The notes under the pieces are model-generated. The model saw only the letters and a list, made by a program, of their open reading frames with translations. It ran no database searches and was not told where the DNA came from. Below, piece after piece: positions 51,987 to 55,221 of a stretch of 55,221 nt of DNA. Source of the stretch: Candidatus Nanoarchaeia archaeon (lineage in GTDB: Archaea > Nanobdellota > Nanobdellia > Woesearchaeales > DATDTY01); contig DATDTY010000043.1 in NCBI GenBank assembly GCA_035290625.1, positions 1-55,221 of the forward strand, written 5' to 3'. Each line of letters begins with the position of its first letter. Position 1 is the first letter of the stretch. A program made the translations under genes and the position numbers.

Positions 51987-54900
51987 TTACTGCGCCCCCA
52001 TGCCTGAAAAGTCATGGATTCCTGTTGCGCTGGTACTAAGCCATACCCAGTATGCACGATATGGACGGATGCTATCGGTGGTTGCGGCTGTTGAGCTTGC
52101 CTCTGTTGTCAAATCTGCAGTATCGTACAAGGTTGTTGCATCAGTCACAGAGTCAAGCCAGTTTCCATCGGCTTCGAGGTTTGTCTGGGCATTGTTGTCG
52201 AGGTAGCCATCAACACCAAGCAGTATCCATCCGCTTCCTACAGTAATGCTCGTCGGGACGCTATCTGCGCCAGGTTGCTCAGTTGATTGGATAGGTATGT
52301 CAACGCTCTGGTTTACCCGGATTAGGTATCCTCTTCTTGGGACTAATTGAGATGCTGTCGCTGTTATGAATGTATCCGAGGTTCTTGATCCGTTGTAGGT
52401 GTAAATCGTGTTTGTTGTTCCTGATAGAGCGTTTGAAAGCCGTGTTGTATTGATTGCGTAAGGAATGCTGAATCCAGTCCATGCATTTGCAGAAGTTATT
52501 TCAATCACAGTGTCATAGACATCTACAATTCCAGTATGGTTGACAAGCGGGTTTCCTGCAAGATCTGTGATTCCTGTAGTCCCATTTTGAGGGATGATTC
52601 CCGATGTTTTGCCTGTGGTATTGTATGGACCTCGAACATCGAATCTTGCACTGAGGTTTAGTTGTACCCTTATCTTGTGGAGATCTCCCTGCATCACATA
52701 GGAGTTGCCAGTAAAGTTCGCAAGGAAAACTTCAGTTGAACTTGTTCCGTTTGCATAGTATAAGATACTCGTACTGTTTGAAGTATTCTGGCGGTACCCT
52801 GTAGAGACTGGCCCCATGGTTACATTCTCATTGAACTTCAAAACGAGATAGTCTCTGCCAGTATCTTCAGACAGGCTTCCTGGCTCTCCTGTTGATACAT
52901 TGTAATCATGGCCTGTGTCGTTGTGCCACGCCATTATCAAGCTTGGGGGTGCTGTGTCGATTGTGATGTTTTCTGTGTTGTTCTCTGTCATGGCAAGCAT
53001 ATTTCCGTCATTTGCAACACCGAATTTTAGGGGTGCGGTTCCGTCTCCTGATGAATCGAGGACAAGGAATCTAGCTGTCAAGACCGTATAATTCAACCAG
53101 CTAAGAGTATGGACTGTTAGGTTTCCGCTTGAGTTTGTTGTAAAGTTAAAGGTAGGGATTACACTTGTGTTCATATACTCGCTAAATGTAAAGTTCAGTG
53201 AGTAATTCCCAACTTTTACAAATAGGTTGTCCCATGTTTCGTTTATGTCGATTGAAATGATCCAAGGAGACAGGGAGTCGTTTGTGTAGGTTCCTAAGGC
53301 CTTGCTGATATTTGAGGATCCAGACAGATTAGAGATGTTCTGCAGGCCGTTTCCATTCATGTCCCTTATTGTGTCATTTGATGCAGATAAATAGATAGTG
53401 TCTGTTCTCCAGGTTGAAATGTTGTAGACCTTCACATCAGGAAGTGCTATAATTAAAGTTGATCGTCCTGCAACAGTATCATTTGTTAAGCTTACTATAG
53501 CGGCATTATCTCCGGTCCCATTAAGGGCGAGAGTGACACCTCCTGCTGAATTGTTTCCTTCTGCCGTGATATTCTGCTTATTGCTCAAAAGAACAGTTGA
53601 GGAGTTTAGATCAAGAGATCGAAGGTCTACAATCTCACTGAATACGAATGTTAAGTTCCTGGTCTGATGGTTATAGGTTGTGTTAAGGAGCGTGGGGATT
53701 GTTGTGTCCATTGTCATGGTAACAATTGTGTCGTTATCTGCTATAATGTCATATACTGCGTTGTTACTGGAATCGTTGTAGGTTGTCTTGTTCACTGATA
53801 TATTTAGGCCTGTTGTCTTCCAACCATTGATTATTGCTGCGTATTCCTGCGACAGACTTATAACTGATTGGTTTGAGGCGGATTTGTCTTGTGTTGTCGT
53901 ACAATTTGCCTGATTAAGGGTGAGGGTGTTTCCTGTAGTCACATTATCCAGCAAGACTATACCTGAACAGTTGAGGAGTGTCACTGGCTCGTTAAATGTA
54001 AGGGTAAGGTTTCTTGAGGTGGTGTTTGCGTCATAGGTGAGCCCTGTGATTAGCATGTTTGGCCGGATGCGGTCAGGTGCTGTTGCATTCAGCGAGTCGT
54101 TCCGCACTTGGAGTGGATTAAGCTGGTTTCCAGCAAGGTCTGTGATGTTTAGTGCGCTTAGACTACTAATGTTAATCGCAACAACTGGAGTTGCATTGGC
54201 AGGGAATACTTGATCGGCAGTGAAATTGAGTGAAAGCTTAGATGAATTTTGGCCAACCCCTATTATAGTTACAGGATTGTGTTCTGCTCCGTCAAATACG
54301 ATATAAATAGAGTTATTCAGGAATGTTCCGTTAACTATTGCTTCGCTAAACGTCACATTTATTGTTCTTGCGGTTGATGTAAATATATGCGCAAAAGCAT
54401 CAGAGGTGGATGTTTGCGCTAATGCTAAAGTAGGATAAGAGTTATCTATTGTAAAGTTGGTGGTGTTGGTTGCTATGGTGGAACTATTGATAGAATGTTC
54501 CAAGTCACCCAGTTCACCCGGACCACTTATTTTTAGGATTACAGAAGCGTTAACATCTGTAGCATCGCTGGAGTTAGGCAATGCGAGGGTTGCATTGAAA
54601 GCAAACCATCTGGAAGCGTTGGATGGTATAACGTGTGAATCTGTTGTAGTCGCATTTACCCATTGAAGAACGCGCTTTGATGCATTACCACTTTCAGTTT
54701 CAGTTATTGTAAAGTTTATAACAATGCCTGCATCGGTGTTGTTTGAACCATCTACGTAGGTAAACCCATTTGGCATAATGATTGTGACATTTGTAACATT
54801 CTGTGTACGATTTTCATTGCCTATGGTGAAATTAAATATATAGGTTGCGTTGTTGAGGTACCATATGCCTGCCACCCTATTAACATTTGAAGTGTCTTTT

Positions 54901-55028
54901 CCAGGATTTACCTTCCTGACATTAGTGAGTGTGAAATTTGCCTCTTCGTTCGCAAACACAGAAACAGCTGCCATGCTTGCAACCATCGTCAATAATAGTA
55001 CCATCAAGAACGCTTTGTTAAACCTCAT
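51987..55028 (-). CDS. large secreted surface (S-layer-like) glycoprotein candidate
   Basis: Signal peptide MRFNKAFLMVLLLTMVASMAAVSVFA. 1013 aa, Asn/Thr/Ser-rich with very frequent N-x-S/T sequons (for example NFTIGNENRTQNVTNVTI). GGAGGT SD 7 nt upstream. Confidence 0.65.
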   Translation of the reverse strand: MRFNKAFLMVLLLTMVASMAAVSVFANEEANFTLTNVRKVNPGKDTSNVNRVAGIWYLNNATYIFNFTIGNENRTQNVTNVTIIMPNGFTYVDGSNNTDAGIVINFTITETESGNASKRVLQWVNATTTDSHVIPSNASRWFAFNATLALPNSSDATDVNASVILKISGPGELGDLEHSINSSTIATNTTNFTIDNSYPTLALAQTSTSDAFAHIFTSTARTINVTFSEAIVNGTFLNNSIYIVFDGAEHNPVTIIGVGQNSSKLSLNFTADQVFPANATPVVAINISSLSALNITDLAGNQLNPLQVRNDSLNATAPDRIRPNMLITGLTYDANTTSRNLTLTFNEPVTLLNCSGIVLLDNVTTGNTLTLNQANCTTTQDKSASNQSVISLSQEYAAIINGWKTTGLNISVNKTTYNDSSNNAVYDIIADNDTIVTMTMDTTIPTLLNTTYNHQTRNLTFVFSEIVDLRSLDLNSSTVLLSNKQNITAEGNNSAGGVTLALNGTGDNAAIVSLTNDTVAGRSTLIIALPDVKVYNISTWRTDTIYLSASNDTIRDMNGNGLQNISNLSGSSNISKALGTYTNDSLSPWIISIDINETWDNLFVKVGNYSLNFTFSEYMNTSVIPTFNFTTNSSGNLTVHTLSWLNYTVLTARFLVLDSSGDGTAPLKFGVANDGNMLAMTENNTENITIDTAPPSLIMAWHNDTGHDYNVSTGEPGSLSEDTGRDYLVLKFNENVTMGPVSTGYRQNTSNSTSILYYANGTSSTEVFLANFTGNSYVMQGDLHKIRVQLNLSARFDVRGPYNTTGKTSGIIPQNGTTGITDLAGNPLVNHTGIVDVYDTVIEITSANAWTGFSIPYAINTTRLSNALSGTTNTIYTYNGSRTSDTFITATASQLVPRRGYLIRVNQSVDIPIQSTEQPGADSVPTSITVGSGWILLGVDGYLDNNAQTNLEADGNWLDSVTDATTLYDTADLTTEASSTAATTDSIRPYRAYWVWLSTSATGIHDFSGMGAQ

Positions 55029-55221
55029 TTTAGAACCTCCTTTTTTTGATCTTTTTTGGATGCTTGATCAGAAAGAACTGAATACGCAGAATACGCTCTA
55101 GGAAGAGTAGAGGAGAATCTCATACACAACCTCCTTTGATCACCCTTTTTTTCAAAATCGTTCCCTCACTTAACACTTAACTCAATGAATTGCTTCTCCC
55201 TCAACCAAATTTTCAACAACC

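Overview
Archaeal chromosomal segment. The assignment rests on a class I CCA-adding enzyme, RNase P protein Rpp21, TrmB and Lrp regulators, a presenilin-type GxGD protease, and TTTATATA-like boxes about 20-30 nt upstream of many start codons, which implies mostly leaderless or short-leader genes. An origin in an uncultured small-genome lineage is inference only. About 60 protein genes are supported. Housekeeping genes include the ppsA 3' part, topA, trpS, cca, ahcY, a trpE/trpG-like pair, a class I aldolase, two PfkB kinases, THUMP and SpoU methyltransferases, a peroxiredoxin and an ABC exporter. There is also a HEPN-MNT pair with an operator palindrome. A visibly AT-rich island (about 38.8-44.4 kb, composition not computed) carries a Csa3-like CARF-wHTH protein, a PD-(D/E)xK protein and a DinD-like gene. 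Two large secreted surface proteins lie at the 3' end. I found no rRNA, tRNA, CRISPR array or transposase. The most unusual signal is non-coding. Eight copies (145-219 bp) of one structured element have terminal inverted repeats and mostly 9-bp flanking direct repeats. Their internal helices change sequence between copies while staying complementary. Two copies have rewritten the 3' ends of adjacent genes by supplying new stop codons. I do not recognise this element as a named RNA or IS/MITE family. All functional calls come from motif recognition by eye, and no database search was possible.
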